Origin: the human T2T-CHM13v2.0 reference genome, Homo sapiens
Length of the DNA: 64,000 nucleotides
Reading direction: 5' to 3' (one strand)
Assembly: GCF_009914755.1 (NCBI RefSeq)
Contig: NC_060928.1
Under the pieces are notes generated by a model. That model saw nothing but the letters and a program-made list of their open reading frames with translations, did no database searches and was not told the origin of the DNA. A program made the position numbers and the translations under genes. Below, piece by piece: positions 1 through 19,647 of the stretch; positions within the stretch are counted from its first letter, which is position 1, and each line of letters begins with the position of its first letter.

Positions 1-2388
1 CATCATTCCGTTCTATCTCCAAGTGAAACGCTGAACAAACTGAATAATCAACAACTCTTCTTAGATCCACAAGAAAAATGAGGTGATAGGGCAAACCACT
101 GTGCCCCAAACTGGCGAGACAGACAAGCTAGACACAGGGAATTACAACTTAAGCAGAACAAAAGCCCAGAAGGAGAAACCTCTGAGGAAACCAGTGTCAG
201 GGTAGGAAAACCTGAGCTGTAATTGACAAATTGATAGAGGTTCAGTGTGGGCAATTCTGAGAGTTAAAAACTCCAAGAAAACTCAGTGATGATGGTGTGG
301 GGCAGGTAGTGCACCCTTCTTTTGTGAGTTCGGCTCCAGGACCTCTACCAGGTCCTCACATCTAAAATCAGAGAAAAATTCCCCTGGATTTCCAGCAGGG
401 GAGGGGAGAAGTAGCTATTTTGAAATATGCCAGAGTATTCTGTTCTTCATAAGGCTTGTCTTCAAGAGAAACTATTTTTACTAGAGCCCAACATATTAGG
501 GTTTTATCAGAGCCCAATAGATCCTGGGGAAAGGGGATACTCAACTCCAGCCTACTCTAGTCTTCTACATGGGGGAAGGAAAATACTCAACTCCAGCACC
601 TTTTAGCTTTCCATGTAGGAGAAGTTAAATACCCAACTCCCGTAAGACAGGATGGCCACCCCCAGCCCCAGCCATCCTGTCTCATCTAAAAAGGAGAAAA
701 CATTGAGGAACACTTTTGAAGTTCATCATCTAGGAGCACACACTCTCAGAGAGTGTCACCTAATTGTAAGACTTTAGAATGCTTCCCCTCCCTCCACACC
801 TTACTACCACATCACTAGAGGCCTATGTATAGCTATCAAGAAAAAATTACAAGACCTACTGAAAGGCAAAAAAGACAATTTGGAGAAATAGAAAGTATCA
901 GAACCAGAGAGTCACGTGGCTGGAATGTTGAAATTATCAGACCAGGAATTGAAAACAACTATGTTTAATATGATAATTGCTCTAATGGAAAAAATAGGCA
1001 ATATACAAGAACAGATTGATAATATAAGCAGAGAGATGGACATTCTTAAAAAGAATTTTAAAAATGCTGGAGATAAAAATATTGTAACAAAACTGAAGAA
1101 TGTCTTTGATGGAATCATTGTTAGACTGGACACAGCTAACTAAAGAATTGCTGAGCTTGAGGATAAGTCAATAGAAACTCCCCAAACTGAAGAGCAAAGA
1201 AAAAAAAAAGACTGGAAAAAAAGAAACAATATTCAAGAACTATAAGACAGTAATAAAAGGTATACATACTCATAATGATAATACCAGGAGAAGAAAGAGA
1301 GAAACATAAGAAATATTTAAAGTAATAACAACTGAGAATTTCCCCAAATTAATGTCACACACCAAACCACACATCCAGGACACCAACTAAGATAAATGCC
1401 AGAAAAAAAAAACTACCTGTAGGCATATTATATTCAAGCTGCAGAAAATAAAAGATAAAAATATCTCCAAAGAAGCAGGAGAAAAAAAATTACCTGTAGA
1501 GAAGTTAAGATAAAAAGTATACACTTCTCTTCATGCAAGCAAGAGGAAAGTAAAGTGAAATATTTAAAGTATTGAGAAAAGCCCCGCCAACCTAGAATTC
1601 TGTACCCTCTAAAATTATCCTTCAAAAGTTAAGAAGAAATAAAGACTTTCTCAGACAAAAAAAAAAAAAATTGAGGAACTTTGTGGTCGGTAAACCTTCT
1701 TTAAAAGAAATGTTTAAAGAACTTTAGAGATAAAGAAAATGATATAGGCTGAAAACTCAGGTCTAGATAAAGAAAGGAAGAACATCAGAGGATGAATAAG
1801 TAAAAGTAAAATAAAAACTTTAATTTTTCTTATTCTTAATTGATTTAACAGATAATATATATATGATATATACGTTTGTATATGAGAGAAATAAATGACA
1901 GCAATAGTGCAAAGGATAGCAGAGAAGAATTAGAAATATTTTGTTAGTATAAGGTATTTGTACTCCCCATCAAGTGGTATAGTGTTATTTGAAAGAAGAC
2001 TTGGATTAATTGTAAATACACATTGCAAGCTACACAACAAACATTGAAAAGAGTACGAAAAGTGTAACTGACAAGCTAAAAACAAGAGAAAACAGAATCA
2101 TATAAAATGCCCCAAACTACAGGAAGAAAGAACAAAAGGAACAAATGGAAAACAGTAGTGAATGTAGTAGATATTAATCCAAGTATATAAATAATCAATT
2201 TAAAACTCAGTGGTCTAAATACACTAATTGAAAGACAGATTGTCAGAGCAGATCAGAAAAGTGTGTACGTCGTGTATAAGAAATCCACTTTAAATTAAAT
2301 ACAGAAACAGATTAAAACCAAAGGAATGAAAAAAGTTGTATCATGCAAACACTCATCAAATGAAAAGTGGAGAAGCTGTATAATTTCA

Positions 2389-2722
<334 letters not shown>

Positions 2723-3577
2723 TCAGAGCAAGAAAAGTTATCAGGGATAAAGAGGAACATGCATAGTGATAAAGGGCCAATCCTCCGAGGAAATATAATA
2801 ATCCTTAATGTGTATGTGCCTAACATAAGAATATTAAAATACATGAGGGAAAAGCTGATAGAACGGTAAGGAGAGGGAGATATTCACTATTCCAGCTGAA
2901 GACTTCAACACCCCCTTTTCAGAAATGAACAGATCCAGCAGGCAGAAAATCTGTAAGGACATAGTTAAACTCAACAACACCAGCAATCAACTGGATATAA
3001 TTGACATTTGTAGACTATTACATCCAACAACAACAAAATATACATTCTTCTCAAGCTCACATAGAACATTCATCAGATGGACCACATTATGGGCTGTAAG
3101 ATATATTGTAGCAAAATTAAAAGAATAAAAATCATATGACCTATGTTTTCAGACTACAGTGGAAATAGGCTGGAAATGAACAACAACAAAAAATAGCTAG
3201 AAAATTCCCAAATACTTGGAGATTAAATAACACACTTCTACATAACATATGACTCAAAAAAAGGAATCTCAAGATAAAATAAATATACTTTGAATTAAAT
3301 GAAAATAAAATACAACCTATTAAAATTTGTGGGATACAGTGAAAGCAGTGCTTAGAAGGAAATTTATGGCACTGAATGTATATAGTAGAAAAGAAGAAAG
3401 ATCAAATATCAGAAATTTAAGAATTCATCTTAGAAACTAGAAAAAGTACAGCAAATTAAACCCAAAGTAAACAGAAGAAAAATATAAAATTTAAGAGAAA
3501 TAAATGAAATTGAAAACAGGCAAGCAATAGAGAAAAAACAATGAAACTAAAAGCTTGTTCTTTAAAAACATCAATTA

Positions 3578-3909
<332 letters not shown>

Positions 3910-4437
3910 CTAGCTAAGAATAAAAGAGAGAAGACACAACTAATATCAGAAATGAAAAAGGGGACATAATTACAGATTCCATGGACATTAAATGGATAAT
4001 GAAAAAATACAATAACAATTCTATGTCCACAAATTTGATAACACTGATGAAGTAGACAATTCTTTGAAAGACACAATCTACCCAAACTCAAACGAGGAGA
4101 AATAGACAATCTGAATAGGCCTATATCTATTAACAAAACTGAATTAATAAGTAATAAGCTTCCAAACAGAAACCATTAGGCCCCATTGGTTTTACCAGTG
4201 AATTCTACCAAGCATTTAAGAAAAAAATTATGCCAATTCTCTAAAATGTCTTTCAGAATATAGAAGCAGAGGGATTATTTCCTAACTCATTCCTAATTAT
4301 CCTAATACCAAAACCTATCCTAATACAAAAACTAGATAAAGACACAGAAGAAAATAAAACTACAGACCAATATTGCTCATGAATATACATGTGAATATTC
4401 TCATCAAAATATTAGCAAATTGAATCTAGCAATATAT

Positions 4438-5135
<698 letters not shown>

Positions 5136-6412
5136 AAAGTTATATAACAGAACCAAGTGGCATTTTCCCAGATATGCAAGGCTGGTTTAACATTTGAAAA
5201 TCAATTAATGTAATTCATCACATCAGCAGGCCTAAGAATAAAACTCACATGACCATATCAATAGATGCAGAAAAGCACTTGACAAAATCCAACACCCTCT
5301 CATGATAAAAAGTCTCAGCAAACTAGGCATAGAGGCTAATGTCTTCTACTTGATAAAGAACATCACAGAATACCTGTGGCTACCATCATATTTAATGGTG
5401 AGAAACTAGGAGTTTTCTGCTAAGATCAGGACCAAGGCAACAATGATCCCTCTCACCACACCTTTACAACATTTTACTGGAAGTACTAGCTCATGCATCA
5501 AGAAAGGAAATAAAAAGTATATAAATCATGAAGGAAGAAATAACTGTCTTTGTTCACAGATGATATGGTTGTCTGTGTGGAAATTCTGAAAGAATGAACA
5601 AAAAAACCTCTTGCAACTAAGTGATGATAGCAAGGTTGTAAAGGAGGTTAACATACAAAAGTAAATTGCTTCTCTTTATAAATACAATGAACAAGTAAAA
5701 TGTGAAATCAAAAACACATTACCATTTACATTAGCACCCCCAAAAATGAAATACTCAGGTATAAATCTACAAAATAGGTATAAGATCTATAAAACTCTGG
5801 TGAAAAAAGTCAAAGGATTAAATAAGTGGAGAGACATTTCATGTTTATGGAGGAATGCTAAATATTTTCTTCCAACTTGATCTAGAAATTTAACACAATC
5901 TCAAACAAAATCCCAGAAAGTTATTTTGTGAATATTGACAAACTGTTTCTAAAGTTTACATGGAGAGGCAAAAACCCTGAATAGCCAACACAATACTGAA
6001 GGAGAATAATAAAGTCAGAAGACTGACACTATCCAACTTCAAAATTTACTATAAAACTACAGTAATGAAGACAGAGTGATATTGGTGAAGAAACAGACAG
6101 AACAATGGAGCAGAATACAGAGCCCAGAAATGACCCACAAACAATACTTTGAAATAGGAAGACAGATAATACAATGGAGATAAGATAGTGTTTTCTTTTT
6201 TTTTATTTTTTTTTATTATACTTTAAGTTTTAGGGTACATGTGCACAACGTGCAGGTTTGTTACATATGTATACATGTGCCATGTTGGTGTGCTGCACCC
6301 ATTAACTCGCCATTTAGCATTAGGTATATCTCCTAATGCTATCCCTCACCCCTCCCCCCACCCCACAACAGGCCCTGGTGTGTGATGTTCCCCTTCCTGT
6401 GTCCATGTGTTC

Positions 6413-10237
<3,825 letters not shown>

Positions 10238-10300
10238 TATGATGTTAGCTGGTTATTTTGCTCATTAGTTGATGCAGTTTCTTCCTAGCCTCAGTGGTCT

Positions 10301-11317
10301 TTACAATTTGGCATGATTTTGTAGTGGCTGGTACTGGTTGTTCCTCTCCATGTTGAGTGCTTCCTTCAGGAGCTCTTTTAGGGCAGGCCTTGTGGTGACA
10401 AAATCTCTCTGCATTTGCTTGTCTGTAAAGGATTTTATTTCTCCTTCACTTATGAAGCTTAGTTTGGCTGGATATGAAATTCTGGGTTGAAAATTCTTTT
10501 CTTTAAGAATGTCGAATATTGGCCCCCACTCTCTTCTGGCTTGTAGAGTTTCTGCCGAGAGATCAGCTGTTAGTCTGATGGGCTTCCCTTTGTGGGTAAC
10601 CCGACCTTTCTCTCTGGCTGCCCTTAACATTTTTTCCTTCATTTCAACTTTGGTGAATCTGACAATTATGTGTCTTGGAGTTGCTCTTCTCGAGGAGTAT
10701 CTTTGTGGCGTTCTCTGTATTTCCTGAATTTGAATGTTGGCCTGCTTTGCTAGACTGGGGAAGTTCTCCTGGATAATATCCTGCAGAGCGTTTTCCAACT
10801 TGGTTCCATTCTCCCCATCACTTTCAGGTACACCAATCAGACGTAGATTTGGTCTTTTCACATAGTGCCATATTTCTTGGAGGCTTTGTTCATTTCTTTT
10901 TATTCTTTTTTCTCTAAACTTCTCTTCTCACTTCATTTCATTCATTTGATCTTCCATCACTGATACCCTTTCTTCCAGTTGATTGCATCGGCTACTGAGG
11001 CTTGTGCATTTGTCGTGTAGTTCTCATGCCATGGTTTTCAGCTCCATTAGGTCCTTTAAGGACTTCTCTGCATTGGTTATTCTAGTTAGCCATTCGTCTG
11101 ATTTTTTCTCAAGGTTTTTAACTTCTTTGCCATCGGTTCAAACTTCCTCCTTTAGCTTGGAGTAGTTTGATCGTCTGAAGGCTTCTCCTCTCAACTTGTC
11201 AAAGTCATTCTCCATCCACCTTTGTTCCGTTACTGGTGAGGAGCTGTGTTCCTTTGGAGGAGGAGAGGTGCTCTGATTTTTAGAGTTTCCAGTTTTTCTG
11301 CTCTGTTTTTTCCCCAT
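10301..11317 (-). pseudogene. L1 ORF1p remnant (premature TGA at 10928-10930)
   Basis: ATG at 11317; the C-terminal 186 aa are open (KRPNLRLIGVPESDGENGTKLEN...PLQNHAKL); in-frame CGA>TGA. Confidence 0.92.
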
Positions 11318-12333
11318 CTTTGTGGTTTTATCTACCTTTGGTCTTTGATGATGGTGACGTACTGATGGGGTTTTGGTGTTGATGTCCTATCGGTTTGTTA
11401 GTTTTCCTTGTAACAGTCAGGACCCTCAGCTGCAGGTCTGTTGTTGTTTGCTGAAGGTCCACTCCAGACCCTGTTTGCCTGGGTATCAGCAGCAGAGGCT
11501 GCAGAACAGTGGATATTGGTGAATAGCAAATGTTGCTGTCTGATCTCTCCTCTGTAAGTTTTGTCTCAGAGGAGTACCCAGCCATGTGAAGTGTCAGTCT
11601 GCCCCTACTGGGGGGTGCCTCCCAGTTAGGCTACTCAGGGGTCAGGGACCCACTTGAGGAGGCAGTCTGTCCATTCTCAGATCTTAAGCTGCATGCTGGG
11701 AGAACCAGTACTCTCTTCAAAGTTGTCAGACAGGGACACTTAAGTCTGCAGAGGTTTCTGCTGCCTTTTGTTTGGCTATGCCCTGCCCCCAGAGGTGGTG
11801 TCTACAGAGGCAGGCAGGCCTGCTTGAGCTGCGGTGGGCTCCATCCAGTTCGAGCTTCCTGGCTGCTTTGTTTACCTTCTCAAGCCTCAGCAATGGCAGG
11901 CGCCCCTCCCCCAGCCTCGCTGTGGCCTTGCAGTTTGATTTCAGACTGCTGTGCTAGCAATGAGTGATGCTCTGTGGGCATAGGACCCTCCAAGCCATGC
12001 ACAGGATATAATCTCCTGGTGTGCCGTTTGCTAAGACTGTTGGAAAAGCACAGTGTTATGGTGGGAGTGACCCAATTTTCCAGGTTCCATCTGTCACCCC
12101 TTTCTTTGACTAGGAAAGAGAATTCCCTGACCCCTTGTACTTCCCGAGTGAGCCTGCTTTGGCTTATGCTTGATGTGCTGCACCCACTGTCCTGCACCCA
12201 CTGTCCAACACTCCCCAGCGAGATGATCCTGGTACCTCAGTTGGAAATGCAGAAATCACCCATCTTCTGTGTCGCTCATGCTGGGAGCTGTAGACTGGAG
12301 CTGTTCCTATTCGGCCATCTTGGCTCCACCTCC
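11318..12333 (-). promoter_or_regulatory. L1 5'UTR internal sense/antisense promoter; intact YY1 motif (CAAGATGGCCG, 12312-12322), heavy CpG decay
   Basis: Sequence matches the L1PA 5'UTR; many CpG sites have become TpG/CpA. Confidence 0.75.
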
Positions 12334-13692
12334 AAGATAGTGCTTTCAACAAATGGTGTTGGGAGAACACAACTTGACATCTAAATTTAGAAATATGAAT
12401 TGAGACATAGACATTACATGTCTTACAAAAATTAACTCAAAATGGTTCATAAACCTAAATGTAAAGCACAAAATCCTAAAACTCCCAGAACACATAGAAG
12501 AAAATCAATATGACTTTAACTATGGCAATGACATTGTAGATACATCAGTATAAGCACTATCCATGAAAGAAATAATGCATAAGCTGGACTTCATTAAAAT
12601 TAAAATGTTCTTTGTAAAAGATACTGTCAACAGAATAAAAAAAAACACAGACTGAGAGAGAATATTTGCAAAAGATATGTCTAATAAAGTAGTTATGTAA
12701 AATACACAAAGAAATCTCAAAACTTGATAAACAACCCAACTAAAGGAGACAAATACCTGAAGAAGAAAGGAGTTAAAATGGACAAAAGACACCTCACTAA
12801 AGAAGATATGCAGATTGCATATAAGCATGTGAAAAGATATTCAACATCATACATCATTAGGGAATTGCAAATTAAGGCAATTTTATACCACTACATATCT
12901 ATTAGAATGGCCCAAATCCCAAACGATGACAGCACCAAATGCTGGCAAGGATGTGGACCAACAGGAATTCTCATTCATTATTGGTGGAAATGCAAAATAC
13001 TACAGCCACTCAGGAAGACACTTTGGTGGTTTCTCATAAAACTAAAAATACTCTTACCATGTCATCCAGCAACAGCACTTCTTAGTATTTGCCCAAAGCA
13101 TTTAACATTTATATCCACATAAAAATCTCCACAGGGAAGTTTATAGCAGCTTCATTCATAATTTCCAAAATCTGGAAGCAACCCTCAGTAGGTACATGGA
13201 TAAACAAATTGTGGTACATCCAAACAATGGAGTATTCAACACTAAAAAATGGTCTATCAAGCCACAAAAAGACACAGAAGAGCCTTAAATGTATATTAGT
13301 AAGTGAAGGAAAATGATAGGCTAATTTTATGATTTCAAAGTTCTGGAAAAGACAAAACAATGGAAGCAGTAAAAAGATCAGTGGTTGCCAGGGTTAGGGG
13401 GAGGAAGTGATAAATAGGCAGAGCACAGAGAATTTTTAGGACAGTGAAATTATTCTGTACAATTACCATAATGGTGGATATATGTCATACATTTGTCCTA
13501 ATTCCATAGAATGTAAACTAGATTTTGGGTTATTGTACCAATTGTAATAAATGTACCATTCTGGTACAGGATTTTGATAGCAGGGATGATGTGCATGTAT
13601 GGAATTAGAGGGTAAATGGGAACTTGGTATTTTCTACTCAATTTCGTTGTTAGCCCAAAACTACTCTAAAAAATGAAGTCCATTTGAAACAA
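12334..13692 (+). mobile_element. 3' part of the host L1MC1/L1MC2-like element (ORF2 end and 3'UTR)
   Basis: ORF2 C-terminal peptide 12724-13122 (KRHLTKEDMQIAYKHVKRYSTS) and L1MC-type 3'UTR (GCACAGAGAATTTTTAGGACAGTGAAA ... AAAACTACTCTAAAAAATGAAGTC). Confidence 0.85.
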
Positions 13693-14046
13693 AAGTTAGC
13701 TTATTGGTAAAATTGTGGTTATCTGAAAGGATGCTTATTTTATACTAAAAATGAATTTTTAACATATGTTGAATGATTGAATTTTAAGTATGAACAATAT
13801 TTGTATTGTTAAGGAATATTACTTACTATTGATATTGAGGCTAAAATATTTGCAAAAGAGTCCACTGCATGTCTGGTTAAATATTTATTTGGTCAGATTC
13901 AGGTAGACCATGAATTCTGAATCTCATTATTACTGTCAGATCTGAGCAAGAGGGGTAACTGCCCCCTGAATCCTGTGATTCAGAAGGCCCTGCAGATTAC
14001 AAATCAGAAATAAATACAGATAGAGTAATTAATTATTACACGGACA

Positions 14047-14390
14047 TATATAAACAAACACATGCATATATTATAGAATATGCATAGTTATATATTATTT
14101 AGTTATATATTATTTATATATTATTTAAACAATTAATAAGTTATAATTATTTAATATATAAGTTATAAGTTATATAATATGCATCATTATATATTATTTA
14201 GTTATATATTATTTATATAGTATTTAAACATTAATAAGTTTTATATTATTTAATATATAAGTTATAATAAGTTATATATTAAACAAAATAAAATATATAA
14301 TTTGTTATAATTATATTACATGTCATTTATATCTATCTATAGATAAATATATACATACATACACATGCACATATATATAATGAAAAAAAT
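14047..14390. repeat. AT-rich low-complexity tract containing a ~99-bp tandem duplication
   Basis: Almost pure A/T; units start at ~14077 and ~14176. Confidence 0.85.
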
Positions 14391-15004
14391 ACATGAACCA
14401 TGCTGTCAGTAGGAATCAGATGCTCAGTGCTGGCTCAGCATGGCCTATGACTGTCAACATCTGCTCTCCTGACCAACAATGATCCGGCCCAGGAAAACAC
14501 TTCTTTGCAATTGCCTGAAAACCAAAAGTGACTTTAGACTTGTAGTTTTGTGGGTTGTTGTTGCTGATGTCAGAGATAGACACTGTAGAGCGCAATGAAT
14601 GAACACTTAAAGCACTTAAGGGAAACAAATAAAATAATTTTAGAAACTCTTCATCTCGGCCTAAATCTAAAGGATTTTTTTCACCCAAAAAGTATTTCTA
14701 ATTGCAAAATATTCTTTTTTTGTGCCTCCTTTTGTGTGCCAAAGATGTGATTCAGTAGATATTTACAAAATGGCATAGTATTCACAATAGTTGCACAGAG
14801 CAGCTGAAGAACATCACAATTTTAAATTATTTATATTATTGTTAAAGTTTTACTGTATATTATATGTAAATCTAGGCAGAATATGCAAACAGTACACTGT
14901 CTTTTCTTTACAGTGGTTACTAGATGGACATAAAATGCTGGAATTGAAAATAGTTTTATTTTTATACAACATTTGCTAAAAATATATATTAAAAAGTAAA
15001 TGTG

Positions 15005-15305
<301 letters not shown>

Positions 15306-15743
15306 GGTAAATGTTTAGCTTTTATTTACTTATTATTTTTATATATTTTGCCTGTTTATATGTTTATTTGAATATTTTTCAAAAACATGCTTTTTTAAAA
15401 CAAAAATTATCTCATTTTTGTAGTTTTAATTGCTATTTTAAATACAAATATATTAGACTTTTATATACTTTAAATACCATGATATATTTAAATTCTTTAG
15501 ATCATTACAGCTTATAGAATACACTGTGTGACAATCTTAATTATAACAAAGTAATAATTGTGCTTGAAAAAATAATTTTATTAAATACATTTGTAATAAT
15601 TTATAAAATGAATATGTTTTAAATTTTAATGGTATATTGTTATTACTCATTCATCAACAGAATGTATGACGTGTACAATAATAATTTAGTCATCACATGT
15701 ATTTGTGATTTTCAATCATGTAAAAACCATAGCTTTACATACA

Positions 15744-16116
<373 letters not shown>

Positions 16117-16764
16117 ATTTTTATTTTCTTTAAAGTTATATCCGTCAAAGGAGGAGTACAGATCATAGTTTGTTAGTATGACTTATAACTTTAAAATGTT
16201 TAGACAAAGAGCCCATAGACCTCCATTTGCACTCTTTCCCCAGGCTCCTCAAATGTTAGGGCAGGTATGTTGCCTCTGATTGATTCACCAGACTTGGGCA
16301 GGGAGCTTCACAATTTTATCCTATCATGGCACACATGGGAAATAAGAATTATAAAGGAGGTGAGATGAGATATGTGTAAGGGGTTTGCTGAAGAATTAGC
16401 AAGTTTTTTAAATTACACAATTTAAAGTAAATAAAAGTACAAAGTATTAGAGGATATAACAAATATCGAGCTTATACTCTACATGCAAGTAAAATGTTTC
16501 CAAAAATTTAAGTGAGAACAAGGATTTTCATCCACATGATTTTTAAATATTAGGCTTTACATTTAAAATGACTATATGTAATTTTGAATTTAAATGTTTG
16601 ATATGATTATCCAAATTCTTAATAGCAACCATAGAATATTTCTTTTCATAAGAATAAAATAAAAATTTAAATAATTACACTTACTAAAACATAACATATA
16701 TAAGCAAAAGTTCTATTTCATTCATAAATATAAGCTTGAAACTTTTATGATAATATGAATAAGA

Positions 16765-17150
16765 TTTTTCTAATCAACTTTATTGAAAAATAACAAGTAA
16801 AATAATTGCATCAATTTCAAGTATAAAATTTCATGAGTTTTGACAGTTGTGTATACCCGTGAACCTCTGCCATGAACAAGATACAGAAAATTTCCACAAT
16901 CCTCAGATTCCACGTACTCCTTTGCAGTACTGCCTTTGATCCATGCCAGAGGCAACCACTGATCTGCATTTTGTCACTATAGACAAATTTGCATTTTATA
17001 CAAATGGAATCATATTGAATACACCATTTCTCTTTGACTCTTTTATTCAGCATATTGTTTTTGAAATTTATTCATGTTTTTGCATGTATCAATAGTTTGC
17101 TCCTTTTTATTGCTGAGTGGTATTTCATTTTGTGGATACATACATAAGCT
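16765..17150 (-). mobile_element. Old L1M (L1ME/L1MD-type) 3' end fragment
   Basis: CAACTTTATTGA ... TTTTGACAGTTGTGTATACCCGTGAACC ... GGCAACCACTGATCTGC ... AAATGGAATCATA pattern. Confidence 0.75.
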
Positions 17151-18959
17151 TGTTCCTGGGTGGACGTTGCTGGCCCAGGGTCTGTCCACTTAGATACTGT
17201 TCCTCTGCAGCATCTTGGGCACAACTGTGACCTATATGATTAACACCATTGTGCTTTTGGACTCCAGTTGAGATGCTTTAGACCAGACTCTTTCCACCTG
17301 AGGCTTATTATAGAGACTTTTCAGTTTTCAAGAAGGAGTTTTTTCACAGAATCTGCCTGCTTAAGGATTTGAGACTCAAAGAACATTAGTGGAGTTGGTT
17401 AAAAAGATATTTTATATATAGGGATACATGGAATAGACTCAATACATTGTGAATGACGAACATGGAAAAACTTCACATTTCAGTCTACAAAAATGTTTCC
17501 AGCATTCCCAAATGTTAAGATTATAATGGTTGGTATGCAGAAAACAAGGCACCATAACTGATAGGCTTTCAAGTATTCTGTGCTTACCTTTGTGATGTGT
17601 GATTGAAAAATGGAGCAGCTTTTCTTTTGATTTTCCTTTCCATCTGGTTTTTACATCTAACAATCCAAGAGCTATATCATTTATCCCTCAAAATGGTCTC
17701 TATTTTAGTTGACTAGAGTTTTTTTTCTTTTTTTTCTGAAGGCTGAAGTCTATCCTGTGCCCTGTAGGACTGACTCTATTTCATATATCAAACATTCCTC
17801 TAGCTGATATTAGTGGGGTAAAACTTTCTACATTTTATATCTGTGATTTAAAATGAGACCAAAAAAATTACTTACCACAAGTTTTTAACAATAATATTGA
17901 TGGTTGAGACTTCACAACTGGTGAATTAGAATGTGTATTTGTTCAGGTCAGTGAAACCTATTTTCACACAAACAAAAATGGTTTAGTTTACTGTACAAAA
18001 TAAATGAATCAGTACATATTAATCACAATTGCTAACAAAAAAACTTGCTATATATTTGAAAAAAATAAACAATAGATCCTCTGTTCCAAGAAACATTTCA
18101 TCTAAGAAAAATTGATTTTGTAATTCAAACCAGAAATTGCTCTAAATATTCAGCCTATGTTGGCTCATTTTGTATGTCATTTTATCTGGGCAACTTGTTG
18201 ACATTTCTGTGTTTGTAACTTCATAGGCTGTGGTCATTTGTTACCCCGACATCACCCATCTGCACATGCATTTGTCATTCTTCTGCTGAGTTGGGCTCCA
18301 CTTGAGCAATGGGAAGTTGGGGCTAGTGGAATAATACTGTTATGTGAAGGATATCATTAGAGGACAAAACCGTACTTCAAAGACCAAGCACATATGGTTT
18401 TGACTTTCATAAAGATGGCAGGTGGACATGAAAAAAAGGTTGATTTCAAATTTATTTCCATGATAGGAGGAACTTCTTAAAAGTCTGAGGAAGATTAATT
18501 TTCAATTTGGAATACCTAATTACTGAAACATGATCAGGGTTTTACAACTTCCGGAGGTAAATTTTTGGGATGACTAAGCTATCCTCATGGAAACCAATGG
18601 AGCAATTTAATAGAAGTCTCAGAATGATAAAATACTGGCAAATGTTTGGTAAGATAAGTTTTAGAAAGCCAACATGTGTAGACTACAACTCATTTGAAAA
18701 GTTTTAACCAAAGGGTTTATAAAATTTGAGAACTGAAAAATAAATGACTATCTTTAAATGTGATCCAAATAAAATTGAGTATAGTTTCAAAATCAGTTTT
18801 TATTTAAAAAGAGCAATTTATTATGTACCTCATTTATTTTTAATGCTGTTCAGGATATCAATGCCTGAAAATGCTAACATTTCTTTAATAATGGCAACAT
18901 TGGGCCTTTCTAAAAGCATTTTTTTCCCTTCTGTATAAATGATGTATGCTTACAATCAA

Positions 18960-19400
18960 AGAAGGGGTAAAGATTGGAAAAATATAAACATTCAAATTTT
19001 AGCAATTATTCTGCAGACATTTGCACATGCAGCATTTGAAAATCTTTTAGCGATAATTGCAATGGCAAAAATAAAAGAAATCACTTAAAAGTCCATTTGT
19101 AGGGGACAGATTAAATGAGTCCTGTTACAAATGTGCAATAAAATGCTATATGCCACTCCACATTAATAATACAGATCTATGTATAATGTCATTGAATAAC
19201 CTCCAAGATATAGTGATAATATAAAAAAAATGTTCAGAACAATGTGGAGAGTGCAGTACTAGCATTTTTTTTTCTAAAATACAAAATGCAATCCTGGCAT
19301 TTTTGTAAAAAATCATGTACCATATATGTATCCTTTATATATATAATTTTAAAAATAAAAACACTGGTCAAAATTTTAAAATAAGATGCTGCCTTTTCCT
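18960..19400 (+). mobile_element. Highly decayed L1ME-type 3' fragment
   Basis: AAAAGTCCATTTGTAGGGGACAGATTAAATG ... CTCCAAGATATAGT resembles L1ME 3' ends. Confidence 0.45.
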
Positions 19401-19647
19401 CATTAATAATATGCATACAGTAAGAACAGAGAGACTTCACTGTCCTCAGGGGACTGCTCTAGTCTCTTAGCTACCAAGTATCTCGAAGTTACAAATGCAT
19501 TTTAAAACCCTTATACAGAAGTAGTTTAGTAACTTGTATAAGCAGTTGAGAGTACTTTTTATGAGAATTTATTTATTTATGGTAAGGACTTCCCTTCTTG
19601 AGACCTGCTTTTTCTTTTCTAGTAGCCAGGGTTTTTGTGAACAAGGG

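Noticed and set aside
14416-14688. 90-aa minus-strand ORF with an internal TTTTCAG acceptor
   Set aside because: No recognisable protein; it lies in a probable DNA-transposon fossil.
17583-17960. Minus-strand donors (AAG|GTAAGC near 17585, GTG|GTAAGT near 17870) and a + strand acceptor at 17741
   Set aside because: Partner sites are weak, strands conflict, and the frames have stops or are unrecognisable; such motifs are expected by chance in AT-rich DNA.
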